From: Synechococcus sp. | GTDB lineage: Bacteria; Cyanobacteriota; Cyanobacteriia; PCC-6307; Cyanobiaceae | DNA length: 64,000 nucleotides | Assembly: GCA_047284725.1 (NCBI GenBank) | Contig: JBJBEO010000001.1 | Coordinates: 416,001-480,000 of the forward strand | Direction of reading: 5' to 3' | Shown: one piece after another, positions 31,244 to 50,734 of the stretch | How positions within the stretch are numbered: position 1 is the stretch's first letter | Layout: every line of letters starts with the position of its first letter | Translations under genes and position numbers: made by a program | The notes under the pieces: generated by a model | The model's database searches: none | What the model saw: the letters and a program-made list of their open reading frames with translations, nothing else | Told to the model about the DNA's origin: nothing

Positions 31244-31954
31244 GTGGACCTTCAGACCCAGATGAAACAGGCGGTGGCCTCCGCTGCCGTGGATCAAATT
31301 AAAGATGGCATGGTGCTGGGCCTCGGCTCCGGCTCCACCGCAGCCCTGATGATCGAGGGCCTGGGTGCCAAGTTGGCCAGCGGCGAGCTCAAGGACATCG
31401 TCGGCGTGACTACGTCGTTTCAGGGCGAAGTGCTGGCGGCACAGCTGGGCATCCCCCTGCGCAGCCTCAACGCTGTCGACCGCATTGACCTGGCGATTGA
31501 CGGTGCCGACGAGGTGGATCCTTCCTTTCAGTTGATCAAAGGTGGCGGCGCTTGCCATGTGCAGGAAAAGCTGGTGGCCTGCCGTGCTGATCGTTTTGTT
31601 GTTGTGGTCGATTCCACCAAGCTGGTGAACCGTCTCAATCTTGGTTTCCTTCTGCCTGTGGAAGTGTTGCCTGGAGCATGGCGTCAGATCCAGGGGCAGC
31701 TGCAGGGGATGGGTGGTCAAGCCGATTTGCGCATGGCCCAACGCAAGGCGGGACCTGTGGTGACTGATCAAGGCAACCTGGTGCTGGATGTGAAATTCAG
31801 CGATGGCATCGCCGACCCTGTCGGTCTGGAAAGGGAGATCAACAACCTGCCAGGAGTGCTTGAAAATGGATTGTTCGTGAATATCACCGACCAAGTTCTG
31901 GTGGGAGAAATCAACGATGGTGTCGCCAATGTGCGCGATCTTGTGAAGCGGTGA
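31244..31954 (+). CDS. rpiA: Ribose-5-phosphate isomerase A
   Basis: GLGSGST, DGADEVD, IKGGG. Confidence 0.97.
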   Translation: MDLQTQMKQAVASAAVDQIKDGMVLGLGSGSTAALMIEGLGAKLASGELKDIVGVTTSFQGEVLAAQLGIPLRSLNAVDRIDLAIDGADEVDPSFQLIKGGGACHVQEKLVACRADRFVVVVDSTKLVNRLNLGFLLPVEVLPGAWRQIQGQLQGMGGQADLRMAQRKAGPVVTDQGNLVLDVKFSDGIADPVGLEREINNLPGVLENGLFVNITDQVLVGEINDGVANVRDLVKR

Positions 31955-31990
31955 TCAAGGGCGACACTTTGTCCCTGGTTGGCCGCTTCA

Positions 31991-33313
31991 CTAGGTCAAC
32001 CGCCGTCTGACTGATTCAGCATGGCTGTGCAGTCCCTCACTGCGTGCTAGCTCCCGCACGGCGCCACCAGTGGCTTCGAGAGCCGCACGGTTGAAGGCGA
32101 TCAACGACGTGTGGCGCATGAAGGTTTCCACGCTCAAGGCACCGCTGAACCGGGCGGTTCCGCAGGTCGGAAGGGTGTGATTCGGTCCGGCGAGATAGTC
32201 ACCAACGGCCTCCGGGGACCATGGACCGATGAAGATGGCTCCAGCATTCACGATGCGGTCGGCCAGGGGTTGCGGGCGCTCCACTAGCAGTTCCAGATGT
32301 TCTGGTGCGAATCGATCGCTCAGGCCCGCGCAGGTTTCAAGGTTGTTGCAGACCATCACCAGCCCCCAATCGCCCAACGACTGACGGCAGATCGTTTCCC
32401 GGGGATGTCCCTGAAGCTGCCGCTCCAGTTCGGCGGGAATGGCGTCCGCCAAGGCCTGATCTGTAGTGAGCAGGATTGCGGCTGCCAGGGGGTCATGTTC
32501 CGCCTGGGCCAGCAGATCAGCCGCCACGTGTTCCACCCGGGCGGTGTGGTCAGCAATGACGAGTACCTCGCTTGGACCCGCCAACGAGTCGATGCCCACC
32601 TGTCCCACAACGGCTTTCTTGGCCAGGGTCACAAAGAGATTCCCGGGGCCGGAGATCACATCCACCTGGGGAACGCTTGCGGTGCCATAGGCCAGGGCGC
32701 CAATGGCCTGAGCACCACCAATGCGATAAACCTCGTTCACTCCGGACAGATGGGCCGCCGCCAGGACGGTGGGGTTGACCTGACCATCAGCGCCTGCGGG
32801 TGTCACCATCACCACGCGCTCAACGCCTGCGGCGCGAGCGGGCACCGCATTCATCAACACTGTGCTGGGGTACGCCGCCCTGCCCCCTGGTACGTAGAGG
32901 CCCGCGCGCTGCACGGGTCGCCAACGTCTTCCCAGCCGTTCGCCATGCACCCCTTCGATCGTGAGGTCCTGGGGTTTCTGCCTTTGATGAAAATCCTGAA
33001 TGCGCCGGTGGGCGAGTTCGAGCGCGTCCCGCAGGTCTCTGCTGGTGTTTCGCCAGGCTTGTTCCAGGGATTCGGGCGCCACCCGAAGAGGTTCTGGGCG
33101 GAAGCGGTCAAACTCTTCCGTCAGTTCGATCAGTGCCCGATCTCCCTCCTCGCGAACCCGGGCCAAAATGGCGTCAACAGTGGTTTGCGCTTTCTGTTGA
33201 GCGGCCCCCGTGGTGCGTCGTGCCACACGGTCGAGATACCGTTCGGCCTCATCAACGGCATGCAGACAACGCAGCAGGGACGGCGTTGATGCCAGGCTGC
33301 TCGACGCTGTCAT
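31991..33313 (-). CDS. hisD: Histidinol dehydrogenase
   Basis: [31 protein letters not shown]. Confidence 0.98.
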   Translation of the reverse strand: MTASSSLASTPSLLRCLHAVDEAERYLDRVARRTTGAAQQKAQTTVDAILARVREEGDRALIELTEEFDRFRPEPLRVAPESLEQAWRNTSRDLRDALELAHRRIQDFHQRQKPQDLTIEGVHGERLGRRWRPVQRAGLYVPGGRAAYPSTVLMNAVPARAAGVERVVMVTPAGADGQVNPTVLAAAHLSGVNEVYRIGGAQAIGALAYGTASVPQVDVISGPGNLFVTLAKKAVVGQVGIDSLAGPSEVLVIADHTARVEHVAADLLAQAEHDPLAAAILLTTDQALADAIPAELERQLQGHPRETICRQSLGDWGLVMVCNNLETCAGLSDRFAPEHLELLVERPQPLADRIVNAGAIFIGPWSPEAVGDYLAGPNHTLPTCGTARFSGALSVETFMRHTSLIAFNRAALEATGGAVRELARSEGLHSHAESVRRRLT

Positions 33314-33376
33314 CGGCTGTAAGGAGGACAAGTGTCAGCTCAAATTAGATCCCGTCGGGGCAACACCACGTCTTGA

Positions 33377-33736
<360 letters not shown>

Positions 33737-33801
33737 CTCAGCTGGCCCCATCGCCTCTGGGAGGCCTGCAAAATGGACCTGAAGGCGCGTTTCAGGTCCT
33801 C

Positions 33802-34587
33802 GTGACAGCTCCCACCTTGATTGACAGTCACTGTCACATCGTTTTCCGCAACTTTGAAGACGATCTTGAGGAGGTCTCCAGCCGTTGGCGTGAGGCAGGT
33901 GTGGTCTCGTTGCTCCACGCCTGTGTGGAGCCCGCTGAGATTCCAGCGATCCGTGCCTTGGCCGATCGTTTTCCGGAAATGCGTTATTCCGTGGGCGTTC
34001 ACCCGCTCGACACCAAGCATTGGAAGTCCTCGACGCTGGATGTGCTGCGTGATGCTGCGCACGAGGACGCGAGGGTGGTTGCCATCGGGGAGCTCGGTCT
34101 TGATCTCTTTCGCGACAACAATCTGGAGGAGCAATTGGCGGTGCTCGGGCCGCAACTCGACCTGGCCGTCGAGCTGGATAAGCCTGTGATCGTTCACTGC
34201 CGCGATGCGGCGGAGCCCATGCTCAAGGAGTTGCGGACCCGGCAGGCCGAGGGGCGTTGTCCCTCTGGCGTCATGCATTGCTGGGGCGGCAGCCCCGATG
34301 AGATGGAGGCTTTTCTCGATCTCGGCTTCTTCATCAGCTTCAGCGGAACCGTCACGTTCCCCAAAGCCCATGACACCCACGCCTGCGCCAGACAGGTGCC
34401 GAGTGATCGTTTCTTGGTGGAGACGGATTGCCCTTTTCTGGCTCCTGTGCCCCGGCGCGGCAAACGCAACGAACCCTCCTACGTGGCCGCTGTGGCTGCA
34501 CGGGTCGCTGAGTTGCGAGGCGAAACTCTTGATCAGGTGGCGACCACCAGTACGGCCAACGCCCGTCGACTGTTCGGTTTGCCTTGA
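33802..34587 (+). CDS. tatD: TatD-family DNase
   Basis: DSHCH, GELGLD, HCR, ETDCPFL. Confidence 0.95.
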   Translation: MTAPTLIDSHCHIVFRNFEDDLEEVSSRWREAGVVSLLHACVEPAEIPAIRALADRFPEMRYSVGVHPLDTKHWKSSTLDVLRDAAHEDARVVAIGELGLDLFRDNNLEEQLAVLGPQLDLAVELDKPVIVHCRDAAEPMLKELRTRQAEGRCPSGVMHCWGGSPDEMEAFLDLGFFISFSGTVTFPKAHDTHACARQVPSDRFLVETDCPFLAPVPRRGKRNEPSYVAAVAARVAELRGETLDQVATTSTANARRLFGLP

Positions 34588-34883
34588 CCTCTTCGTCTGA
34601 GACTGTCAAGCGCTCAGGGCCTGGCTGCAACACCGTGAAGTGTAAGATGGTTCATTGGCCTGGCTTCGGCGTATGAACTACGCCTTGGCTCCCAGAAGAG
34701 TCCATTTCCTTCCGGTGCATTGACGACGTCTGCCGTTCTGTCCCGAGATCTCTGAAAGCCCAGCTGCGGCAGCCGTTCTCCGTCGAGGGGGAGGGCATTC
34801 GCTGGCTGGGCATCACTGGTTTCGAGCTGGTTCGGGTCTGACGTTCAGGCCTTTTGTCCCCACTTTCATCTGCAGGTCTCCGC

Positions 34884-37800
34884 ATGAGCAGCAGCGCGAT
34901 TCAGGTCGCCAAGACCGCCACCTACCTGCCCGATTTGGTAGAGGTGCAGCGGGCAAGCTTTAAGTGGTTTCTTGACAAGGGTCTGATCGAGGAATTGGAG
35001 AGCTTCTCTCCGATCACCGATTACACCGGCAAGCTTGAGCTCCATTTCGTCGGCAGCGAGTACCGCCTGAAGCGTCCTCGTCACGATGTGGAAGAGGCGA
35101 AGCGGCGTGATGCGACGTTTGCATCTCAGATGTATGTCACCTGCCGCCTTGTCAACAAGGAGACCGGTGAAATCAAGGAGCAGGAGGTCTTCATCGGCGA
35201 ACTTCCTCTGATGACCGAGCGTGGCACCTTCATCATCAATGGTGCTGAGCGCGTGATCGTGAATCAGATCGTGCGGAGTCCCGGCGTCTATTTCAAAGAT
35301 GAAATGGACAAGAATGGCCGTCGCACCTACAACGCCAGCGTGATCCCCAACCGGGGTGCCTGGCTGAAGTTTGAAACCGATAAAAACGATCTTCTGCATG
35401 TGCGGGTTGATAAAACCCGCAAGATCAATGCCCATGTGCTCATGCGTGCCATGGGATTGTCGGACAACGATGTGATCGACAAGCTCCGTCACCCGGAGTA
35501 CTACAAAAAGTCGATCGAGGCTGCCAACGACGAAGGCATCAGTTCAGAAGACCAGGCTCTGCTTGAGCTCTACAAAAAGCTCCGTCCGGGTGAACCCCCG
35601 TCCGTCAGCGGTGGTCAGCAGCTGCTTCAAACTCGTTTCTTCGATCCGAAGCGTTACGACCTCGGTCGGGTGGGCCGCTACAAGATCAATAAAAAGCTGC
35701 GTCTCACCATCCCCGATTCGGTGCGCACCCTCACCCATGAGGACGTGCTCTCCACGCTGGATTACCTGATCAACCTCGAGCTGGATGTCGGCGGCGCCAG
35801 CCTCGATGACATTGACCACCTCGGCAACCGCCGCGTGCGTTCCGTGGGTGAATTGCTTCAGAACCAGGTGCGCGTCGGACTCAACCGTCTTGAGCGCATC
35901 ATCAAGGAGCGCATGACCGTCGGTGAGACCGATTCACTCACTCCCGCCCAGCTGGTGAACCCCAAGCCGTTGGTGGCGGCCATCAAGGAATTCTTCGGCT
36001 CCAGCCAGCTGAGCCAGTTCATGGATCAGACCAATCCCCTGGCTGAGCTCACCCACAAGCGCCGCATCTCAGCCCTGGGTCCAGGTGGTTTGACCCGTGA
36101 ACGCGCTGGCTTTGCCGTCCGCGACATTCATCCCTCCCACTACGGCCGTCTCTGCCCGATCGAGACACCGGAAGGTCCGAATGCTGGTCTGATCAACTCC
36201 CTGGCAACCCACGCCCGGGTAAACGAATACGGCTTCATCGAGACCCCCTTCTGGAAGGTGCAGAACGGTGTGGTTATCAAGCAGGGAGATCCGATCTATC
36301 TCTCCGCTGATCTGGAAGACGAATGCCGCGTCGCCCCTGGCGATGTGGCCACCGATTCCGACGGACGGATTCTCGCCGACCTGATTCCTGTGCGGTACCG
36401 CCAGGACTTCGAGAAGGTGCCCCCTGAGCAGGTCGACTACGTGCAGCTTTCACCCGTTCAGGTGATTTCTGTGGCGACCTCGCTGATTCCTTTCCTGGAG
36501 CACGACGATGCCAACCGGGCGCTGATGGGGTCCAACATGCAGCGTCAGGCTGTGCCTCTGCTCCGTCCTGAGCGTCCCCTCGTGGGCACCGGTCTGGAGA
36601 CTCAGGTGGCCCGCGACTCCGGAATGGTGCCGATCTCCCGTGTCAACGGCACGGTGACCTTCGTCGACGCCACTGCCATCGTGGTGCGTGATGAGGAAGG
36701 CCTGGACCACACCCACTTCCTGCAGAAGTACCAGCGCTCCAACCAGGACACCTGTCTCAACCAGCGTCCGATCGTGCGTCAGGGCGATCCTGTGATCGTC
36801 GGTCAGGTGCTGGCTGATGGGTCTGCCTGTGAGGGCGGTGAAATCGCTCTGGGTCAGAACGTTCTGATCGCTTATATGCCCTGGGAGGGTTACAACTACG
36901 AGGACGCGATTCTTGTGAGTGAGCGTCTGGTCAACGATGACCTCTACACCTCGGTGCACATCGAGAAGTACGAGATTGAAGCGCGCCAGACGAAGCTCGG
37001 CCCTGAGGAAATCACTCGCGAGATCCCCAACGTTGCTGAGGAGAGCCTCGGTAATCTCGATGAGATGGGCATCATCCGCATCGGTGCCTTCGTTGAAAGC
37101 GGTGACATCTTGGTGGGCAAGGTCACTCCGAAGGGTGAATCCGACCAGCCGCCGGAAGAAAAGCTGCTGCGTGCGATCTTCGGGGAGAAAGCCCGGGATG
37201 TGCGTGATAACTCCCTTCGTGTTCCCAGCACGGAGCGCGGCCGCGTGGTGGATGTGCGCATCTACACCCGCGAACAGGGTGATGAGCTGCCCCCGGGCGC
37301 GAACATGGTGGTGAGGGTCTATGTGGCCCAGCGCCGCAAGATTCAGGTGGGCGACAAGATGGCTGGCCGCCACGGCAACAAGGGCATCATCAGCCGCATC
37401 CTTCCTCGGGAGGACATGCCTTACCTGCCAGATGGCACTCCTGTCGACATCGTGCTCAACCCCCTGGGTGTGCCGAGCCGGATGAACGTGGGTCAGGTGT
37501 TCGAGCTCCTCATGGGCTGGGCTGCCTCCAACCTTGACTGTCGCGTCAAGGTGGTTCCTTTCGATGAGATGTATGGCGCTGAAAAGTCCCAACAGACCGT
37601 TGAGGCTTTCCTTAAGGAAGCCGCCAGCCAGCCTGGAAAGGACTGGATCTACAACCCCGACTCCCCCGGCAAGCTGTTGCTGACCGATGGCCGTACCGGT
37701 GAGCCTTTTGACCAGCCGGTGGCGGTGGGTTATTCCCACTTCCTCAAGCTGGTTCACCTGGTGGACGACAAGATCCACGCTCGCTCCACGGGTCCTTACT

Positions 37801-38177
37801 CCCTGGTCACCCAGCAGCCCCTGGGTGGTAAAGCCCAGCAGGGTGGTCAGCGTCTGGGTGAGATGGAAGTGTGGGCTCTGGAGGCCTATGGCGCCGCTTA
37901 CACCCTGCAGGAACTGCTCACGGTCAAATCCGATGACATGCAGGGCCGTAACGAAGCCCTGAACGCCATCGTCAAAGGCAAGCCGATCCCCCGCCCTGGC
38001 ACGCCGGAGTCGTTCAAGGTGCTGATGCGCGAGCTCCAGTCCCTGGGTCTCGACATCGCGGTCTTCACCGACGAAGGCAAGGAAGTGGATCTGATGCAAG
38101 ACGTGAACCCCCGCCGGAGCACGCCCAGCAGGCCCACCTATGAATCCCTCGGCGTCGCGGATTACGACGAGGACTGA
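34884..38177 (+). CDS. rpoB: RNA polymerase beta subunit
   Basis: [21 protein letters not shown]. Confidence 0.99.
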   Translation: MSSSAIQVAKTATYLPDLVEVQRASFKWFLDKGLIEELESFSPITDYTGKLELHFVGSEYRLKRPRHDVEEAKRRDATFASQMYVTCRLVNKETGEIKEQEVFIGELPLMTERGTFIINGAERVIVNQIVRSPGVYFKDEMDKNGRRTYNASVIPNRGAWLKFETDKNDLLHVRVDKTRKINAHVLMRAMGLSDNDVIDKLRHPEYYKKSIEAANDEGISSEDQALLELYKKLRPGEPPSVSGGQQLLQTRFFDPKRYDLGRVGRYKINKKLRLTIPDSVRTLTHEDVLSTLDYLINLELDVGGASLDDIDHLGNRRVRSVGELLQNQVRVGLNRLERIIKERMTVGETDSLTPAQLVNPKPLVAAIKEFFGSSQLSQFMDQTNPLAELTHKRRISALGPGGLTRERAGFAVRDIHPSHYGRLCPIETPEGPNAGLINSLATHARVNEYGFIETPFWKVQNGVVIKQGDPIYLSADLEDECRVAPGDVATDSDGRILADLIPVRYRQDFEKVPPEQVDYVQLSPVQVISVATSLIPFLEHDDANRALMGSNMQRQAVPLLRPERPLVGTGLETQVARDSGMVPISRVNGTVTFVDATAIVVRDEEGLDHTHFLQKYQRSNQDTCLNQRPIVRQGDPVIVGQVLADGSACEGGEIALGQNVLIAYMPWEGYNYEDAILVSERLVNDDLYTSVHIEKYEIEARQTKLGPEEITREIPNVAEESLGNLDEMGIIRIGAFVESGDILVGKVTPKGESDQPPEEKLLRAIFGEKARDVRDNSLRVPSTERGRVVDVRIYTREQGDELPPGANMVVRVYVAQRRKIQVGDKMAGRHGNKGIISRILPREDMPYLPDGTPVDIVLNPLGVPSRMNVGQVFELLMGWAASNLDCRVKVVPFDEMYGAEKSQQTVEAFLKEAASQPGKDWIYNPDSPGKLLLTDGRTGEPFDQPVAVGYSHFLKLVHLVDDKIHARSTGPYSLVTQQPLGGKAQQGGQRLGEMEVWALEAYGAAYTLQELLTVKSDDMQGRNEALNAIVKGKPIPRPGTPESFKVLMRELQSLGLDIAVFTDEGKEVDLMQDVNPRRSTPSRPTYESLGVADYDED

Positions 38178-38226
38178 CGGATCAACGAACGAACCGAATA
38201 ACCCTCTCTTCTTTCCCTAACCGTCA

Positions 38227-40131
<1,905 letters not shown>

Positions 40132-40170
40132 CGCCTGATTGATTTTTCTCCCTTATCTCCATCTGACTGA

Positions 40171-44286
<4,116 letters not shown>

Positions 44287-44345
44287 GTCGGGTCTGCTTC
44301 CGTTTCACGGGAGTGGCCTTGGCCACTCCAGACTGTCTTGTTTGA

Positions 44346-45559
<1,214 letters not shown>

Positions 45560-45587
45560 GGGAAACTGCGATCACTTGCGTGCGCCC

Positions 45588-47354
45588 ATGGCTGGGGTCG
45601 ACTGGCTGATTCTCGTGGTTTATCTGCTTGGCACCTTGGTGCTCGGGCTCTGGCTTGCACGCCGTAACCAAAGCGAAGACGATTATTTCGTGGCGGGTCG
45701 AAGCCTCAACGGATGGTTGGCCGGTGCCTCGATGGCGGCCACCACCTTCTCGATTGACACACCTTTGTACGTGGCTGGTCTGGTGGGGACCCGCGGTCTG
45801 GCTGGAAACTGGGAATGGTGGAGCTTCGGCCTGGCTCATGTGGCGATGGCGGTGGTCTTTGCACCGCTTTGGCGCCGCAGTGGCGTCATGACCGATGCCG
45901 CTTTCACAGAGTTGCGTTATGGCGGTGCTGCAGCGGCCTGGTTGCGGGGTATCAAGGCCTTTCTGCTGGCGCTGCCGGTGAACTGCATCGGCATTGGCTA
46001 TGCCTTTCTTGCCATGCGCAAAGTGGTCGAAGCGCTGGGCATCGTTTCCAATCGGCCGGTGGTTGCCGTTGGTGGGCTTCCTGACACCGTGCTGCTGCTG
46101 GCGGTGGTCGCTGTGATGGTGCTCGTGTACACCGTGGCCGGTGGTCTGTGGGCCGTGGTGGTGACCGACTTTGTGCAGTTGGTGCTGGCGCTGGTCGGGG
46201 CCGCTGCCGTGGCCTGGGCTGCCCTCCATGCCGCTGGAGGCATGGAGGCGATGTTGAATCAGATCGCTGAACTTGGACGCCCGGAACTGCTGTCCTTAAC
46301 CCCCTGGCGTTGGACGGAAAGTGGGGTCGATTGGATCGGTGGTGCTGGGATCAGTGCCGCCACATTTGTGGCTTACCTGAGCATTCAGTGGTGGAGTTTT
46401 CGTCGGAGTGACGGTGGCGGTGAATTCATCCAACGCATGCTCGCCACTCAGGACGAGCGACAGGCCACGTTGGCTGGCTGGGTGTTCCTGGTGGTGAATT
46501 ACCTCCTGCGCAGTTGGATGTGGGTGGTGGTGGCCCTTGCTGCCGTGGTGTTGCTCCCCGCTCAGTCCGACTGGGAGTTGAGCTACCCCACGCTTGCGGT
46601 CACCTATCTGCCGCCGGTGGTTCTGGGGCTGGTGGTGGTGTCGTTGGTGGCAGCGTTCATGAGCACGGTGAGTACGGCCGTGAACTGGGGGGCCAGTTAT
46701 CTGACCCACGACCTCTACCAAAGGTTTGTGCGCCCGAAGGCATCACAGGCAGAGCTTCTGTTGATCGGCCAGCTCACCAGCGTGTTGCTGCTTGTGCTGG
46801 GGGTGATTACAGCTCTGCTGAGCGACAGCATCGGGACCGTGTTTCGTTTGGTGATCGCAATCGGAACCGGCCCCGGTGTTGTGTTGGTGCTGCGCTGGTT
46901 CTGGTGGCGGATTAACGCTGCGGCAGAACTGGCTGCCATGGTCTGTGGATTCGTGGTGGGCTTGTGCACATCGGTTGTTCCCTTGCTGGTGATCCCTGAT
47001 TACGGCGTGCGATTGATGGTGACCACCGGCCTCACGGCAGTGGTCTGGATCGTTGTGATGTTGCTCACCCCGGCGGAATCCGCCGAGGTGATGGAGCGTT
47101 TTGTGCGGCAGGTACAGCCACCCGGTCCGGGATGGCGTCAGTGGCGTGATCACTGTCAGGTCGACGCTGTCGACTCTCTGGGTGAGTTGATTCGCCGTTT
47201 TCTGCTCAGCAGCGGGGTGTTGTTCGGAGGCCTGCTGGGTTCAGGTGCGTTTCTGCTGCATCAATCGCTCTCCGGTTGGTTGGGACTGACCGTGGCAGTG
47301 CTTTGCGGTTACCCCCTGCTCAGCACCTACGGCCTCAGGCCCGGGCGGGGATGA
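45588..47354 (+). CDS. Sodium:solute symporter
   Basis: DYFVAGRSL, GGLWAVVVTD, AAFMST; many TM helices. Confidence 0.93.
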   Translation: MAGVDWLILVVYLLGTLVLGLWLARRNQSEDDYFVAGRSLNGWLAGASMAATTFSIDTPLYVAGLVGTRGLAGNWEWWSFGLAHVAMAVVFAPLWRRSGVMTDAAFTELRYGGAAAAWLRGIKAFLLALPVNCIGIGYAFLAMRKVVEALGIVSNRPVVAVGGLPDTVLLLAVVAVMVLVYTVAGGLWAVVVTDFVQLVLALVGAAAVAWAALHAAGGMEAMLNQIAELGRPELLSLTPWRWTESGVDWIGGAGISAATFVAYLSIQWWSFRRSDGGGEFIQRMLATQDERQATLAGWVFLVVNYLLRSWMWVVVALAAVVLLPAQSDWELSYPTLAVTYLPPVVLGLVVVSLVAAFMSTVSTAVNWGASYLTHDLYQRFVRPKASQAELLLIGQLTSVLLLVLGVITALLSDSIGTVFRLVIAIGTGPGVVLVLRWFWWRINAAAELAAMVCGFVVGLCTSVVPLLVIPDYGVRLMVTTGLTAVVWIVVMLLTPAESAEVMERFVRQVQPPGPGWRQWRDHCQVDAVDSLGELIRRFLLSSGVLFGGLLGSGAFLLHQSLSGWLGLTVAVLCGYPLLSTYGLRPGRG

Positions 47355-47387
47355 ACACCCTTCAGAATGGCTGAAAATTGTTCTGAC

Positions 47388-47513
47388 GTGCAGTTCTTCC
47401 GTTCCACGCTCCTCCCCTCTCTGATTGTGCTTCTGTTTGTGGTTGCTCTCTTCGCCGTGAGTGCCAGGATCTGGTTGCCTGGGGACATGCTGGCTCCTGC
47501 CCCTGTTGGCTGA
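47388..47513 (+). CDS. Small single-TM cyanobacterial protein (41 aa)
   Basis: Manual translation MQFFRSTLLPSLIVLLFVVALFAVSARIWLPGDMLAPAPVG. Confidence 0.7.
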   Translation: MQFFRSTLLPSLIVLLFVVALFAVSARIWLPGDMLAPAPVG

Positions 47514-47547
47514 GACAGCCCATACCGCTGGCTTTACGATCTGCACC

Positions 47548-48357
47548 ATGAGCGATCTTGCGAACCAGTCTGGAGATCAGGGTCTGACGGATCTCTCCAT
47601 CGATCCCGATGTGCTGGAGCGGGAATTGGCAGCAGAGCTGCTTGGTGATCCCCTCGATGAACTTGATTTTCGGAAGACTGCTGATGAGGAGGTGGTCGTC
47701 GCCCGTGACTGTGATATTGGTCTCCAACAACTGAAGGGCAGCCACGACGAGCAACTTCAGGGACTGAGGGTGTTCTGTGAGCACCGCGACGCGCGTGCCG
47801 TGGCACTGCTTCTGCCTCTGCTTGATGCTTCGTGTCCGGTGGTGCGGATGAGTGCGGTGTATGCCCTTGGTCGCAACCCTTCCCCAACGGCGGTGGAGCC
47901 CTTGTTGAAGTTGCTGCAGGCTGACGCCAACGGATACGTGCGAAAAGCTGTCGCCTGGAGCCTCGGCAACCACTCCGATGCCCCCGTGTTGAATCCATTG
48001 GTGCGTGCCCTTCAGACCGATATCGCTGCGGTGCGGCTCTGGGCTTCCGTCTCACTGGCTGAGGCCGGTGTGACCTCAGCCGCCAAGGCTGATCTCGCGG
48101 CGAGTCAGCTGCTGACCAGCTTGCAGATCGATAGTGAGCCCGTGGTTCGTAGTAATTGCATCTGGTCGCTGTGTCAGCTGCTTGAGCACTTGGTTGAGCC
48201 TCGTCGTCAAGAAGTGGTCGAAGCCTTTGTGAACGCATTGGTTCACGATCAGGATTCTTCGGTGCGGGATGAAGCGCGTGCTGCCCTCGAGCAGCAAGAG
48301 AGCCCTGAGCTGTTGGAGAGGCTGCAGACCCTGGTGGACGAGGGGTTGATCACCTGA
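47548..48357 (+). CDS. HEAT/PBS-lyase repeat protein
   Basis: VRMSAVYALG, VRKAVAWSLG and VRLWASVSLA repeats. Confidence 0.9.
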   Translation: MSDLANQSGDQGLTDLSIDPDVLERELAAELLGDPLDELDFRKTADEEVVVARDCDIGLQQLKGSHDEQLQGLRVFCEHRDARAVALLLPLLDASCPVVRMSAVYALGRNPSPTAVEPLLKLLQADANGYVRKAVAWSLGNHSDAPVLNPLVRALQTDIAAVRLWASVSLAEAGVTSAAKADLAASQLLTSLQIDSEPVVRSNCIWSLCQLLEHLVEPRRQEVVEAFVNALVHDQDSSVRDEARAALEQQESPELLERLQTLVDEGLIT

Positions 48358-48477
48358 TCTGCTCTGTATCAACGCCTTCTGCTCGTTTGTAGGGAGTCCT
48401 TGTGGCGGTGCTGTAACAGCATCACGCCAGTTGAGGTGAAGTTTGCTTAACATCATCTCCATCACTGGTTGAGGTGC

Positions 48478-48681
48478 ATGCCCCAGCGCACACTCCGCTT
48501 CCGAATCCGCCCCGACGGGCGCGTCGAAGAGCGCGTTGAAGGTGTTGAGGGTGATGCCTGTCTGGGACTGACCGAGCGTCTGGAGTCCGCCTTGGGCTCT
48601 GTCGAACGGAGAGAAGCCACATCTGAGGCTTTCAGCATGCGGGCCGAGCAGACCCAACCCCTGTCCGTAGAGCAACACTGA
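48478..48681 (+). CDS. DUF2997-family protein
   Basis: FRIRPDGRVEERVEGVEGDAC; coupled to ycf35. Confidence 0.85.
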   Translation: MPQRTLRFRIRPDGRVEERVEGVEGDACLGLTERLESALGSVERREATSEAFSMRAEQTQPLSVEQH

Positions 48682-49073
48682 TGTCCCACTTCAGCACTGT
48701 CAAAACCGAACTGCGTCAGCGCCAGCCATTGGTGGCTGCTTTACGTGACCTTGGTTATGCGCCTGAGGAGAGTGCGCGTCCGGTGAGGGGCTATCGCGGC
48801 CAGACTGTTGAAGCTGAGCTTGCTGTAGAGATGCAGGAAGGTGGTGATCTCGGTTTTCGCTGGAATGCAGGCAATGGTGCCTATGAGCTGGTGACCGATC
48901 TTGATCTTTGGAAGCAGCCAATTCCGATCGAACGCTTTCTGGCCAAGCTCACCCAGCGTTACGCCTTCAACACTGTACTTGCTGCGAGTACTCAAGAGGG
49001 CTTTGAAGTCGCTGAGCAGCGGGATTGTCAGGATGGATCGATCGAACTCGTGGTCACCCGCTGGGACTCCTGA
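48681..49073 (+). CDS. ycf35: Ycf35/DUF1257 protein
   Basis: MSHFSTVKTEL...VRGYRGQT...LTQRYA. Confidence 0.9.
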   Translation: MSHFSTVKTELRQRQPLVAALRDLGYAPEESARPVRGYRGQTVEAELAVEMQEGGDLGFRWNAGNGAYELVTDLDLWKQPIPIERFLAKLTQRYAFNTVLAASTQEGFEVAEQRDCQDGSIELVVTRWDS

Positions 49074-49093
49074 TCCTCTGCAGTCCGGCTGTT

Positions 49094-49492
49094 GTGTCGA
49101 CACCCTTGGATCCTTCCGCGGCTTATCGAGCATCAGTTGCCGTTGCTGAAGACAGAACGGGTTTTGAGCCAGTCCTGGGGGGCGCTCTCCGCGAGAAAGC
49201 CGTTTGGGTAGACGAATCGGTCTGTATTGGTTGTCGCTACTGCGCTCACGTTGCCGCCAACACGTTTGTGATCGAGCCAAACCTGGGCCGATCGCGTGCC
49301 ATCCGTCAGGACGGTGACAGCACCTCTTGCATTCAAGAAGCCATCGAGACCTGTCCTGTGGATTGCATTCACTGGGTGGGGTTTGAGGAGCTTGATGGGC
49401 TGCGTGAGCGTCTCGATGGGATGGAGCTGTTGCCCCTCGGACTCCCTTCCCCGGCTCGGCCCCGTCGCCAGTTGCCGAGGCCTCGGCCCTGA
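49094..49492 (+). CDS. Ferredoxin (CxxCxxC...CP type)
   Basis: VDESVCIGCRYC...TCPVDCIHW. Confidence 0.9.
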   Translation: MSTPLDPSAAYRASVAVAEDRTGFEPVLGGALREKAVWVDESVCIGCRYCAHVAANTFVIEPNLGRSRAIRQDGDSTSCIQEAIETCPVDCIHWVGFEELDGLRERLDGMELLPLGLPSPARPRRQLPRPRP

Positions 49493-50697
49493 TGGCCTCT
49501 GGTCTACCAACGCGCCGTTTTGGACGGACCGAGTTGCCAATCCCTGTGTTGTCTCTGGGTGGCATGCGTTTTCAGCAGAGCTGGAGCGACCTCCCAGCAG
49601 AGGCCATCACTCAGGCATCACAGCAGACGGTGAAATCCACCCTGGAACGGGCTGTGACCTGTGGTCTTCACCATGTCGAGACCGCCCGCCATTACGGCAG
49701 TTCCGAGCGGCAGATCGGCTGGGCTTTGCCAACGGCGCGAGACCCTCAGCGCATCCTGCAGACCAAGGTTCCGCCTCGAGACGATCCAGCCGCCTTTGAG
49801 CAGGAACTGGAGATGAGCGTTGCACGACTGGGGGTGCAACGGCTCGATCTTCTCGCCATTCATGGCATCAACCTGCCGGAGCATCTGGATTGGACGGTGC
49901 GTCCCGGAGGATGCATGGAGGTGGTGCGCCGCTGGCAGCGCCAGAACCGCATCGGTCATGTCGGTTTTTCAACCCACGGTCCGACTGACTTGATCCTCGA
50001 TGCGATTGCCACCGATGCTTTTGATTACATCAATTTGCACTGGTATTACATCCGCCAGGACAACGACCCAGCCCTGACAGCAGCGTCGCGCCATGACATG
50101 GGGGTGTTCATCATCAGTCCAACCGATAAGGGGGGGCATCTGCACACTCCCTCAGAGCGACTCCTGGAACTGTGCGCTCCTCTGCATCCGATTGTCTTCA
50201 ACGATCTCTTCTGTCTCAGCGATTCCAGGGTTCATACCATCAGCGTTGGCGCAGCCAAGCCTGAAGACCTCGACCTGCACCTTGAGGCTGTGTCGCTGCT
50301 GAACCAAGGTCCGGTTCTGATCGCTCCGATCATGGGACGCCTTGATGCGGCCCGTCGCGCTGTTCTAGGGGATGCCTGGTGTGATAGCTGGCAGCAGGGT
50401 CTACCCCGCTGGGACCAGACTCCAGGCCACATCAATCTGCCCTTGCTGCTCTGGTTGCACGGCCTGGTGGAAGCTTGGGGAATGGAGGGGTATGCCAGGG
50501 CGCGTTACGGCCTGCTCGGGCAGGCATCCCACTGGTTCCCTGGCGCCAATGCCGATGGGCTGGACGGCGCGGTGAGTGAAGCCAGCCTCATGCAGGCGCT
50601 TGAGGCGAGCCCTTGGGCTGAGCAGATCCCCGATCTGCTGCGTCATTTGCGTGCGCGGGTCGGAGGAGCGGTGCAGCATCGCCTATCCAGCCCCTGA
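49492..50697 (+). CDS. Aldo/keto reductase
   Basis: RRFGRTEL, ETARHYGSSE, GFSTHG. Confidence 0.9.
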   Translation: MASGLPTRRFGRTELPIPVLSLGGMRFQQSWSDLPAEAITQASQQTVKSTLERAVTCGLHHVETARHYGSSERQIGWALPTARDPQRILQTKVPPRDDPAAFEQELEMSVARLGVQRLDLLAIHGINLPEHLDWTVRPGGCMEVVRRWQRQNRIGHVGFSTHGPTDLILDAIATDAFDYINLHWYYIRQDNDPALTAASRHDMGVFIISPTDKGGHLHTPSERLLELCAPLHPIVFNDLFCLSDSRVHTISVGAAKPEDLDLHLEAVSLLNQGPVLIAPIMGRLDAARRAVLGDAWCDSWQQGLPRWDQTPGHINLPLLLWLHGLVEAWGMEGYARARYGLLGQASHWFPGANADGLDGAVSEASLMQALEASPWAEQIPDLLRHLRARVGGAVQHRLSSP

Positions 50698-50734
50698 GAG
50701 CAGTCAGCCTCAAGGCTGCTCAAGCTGGAGCTGC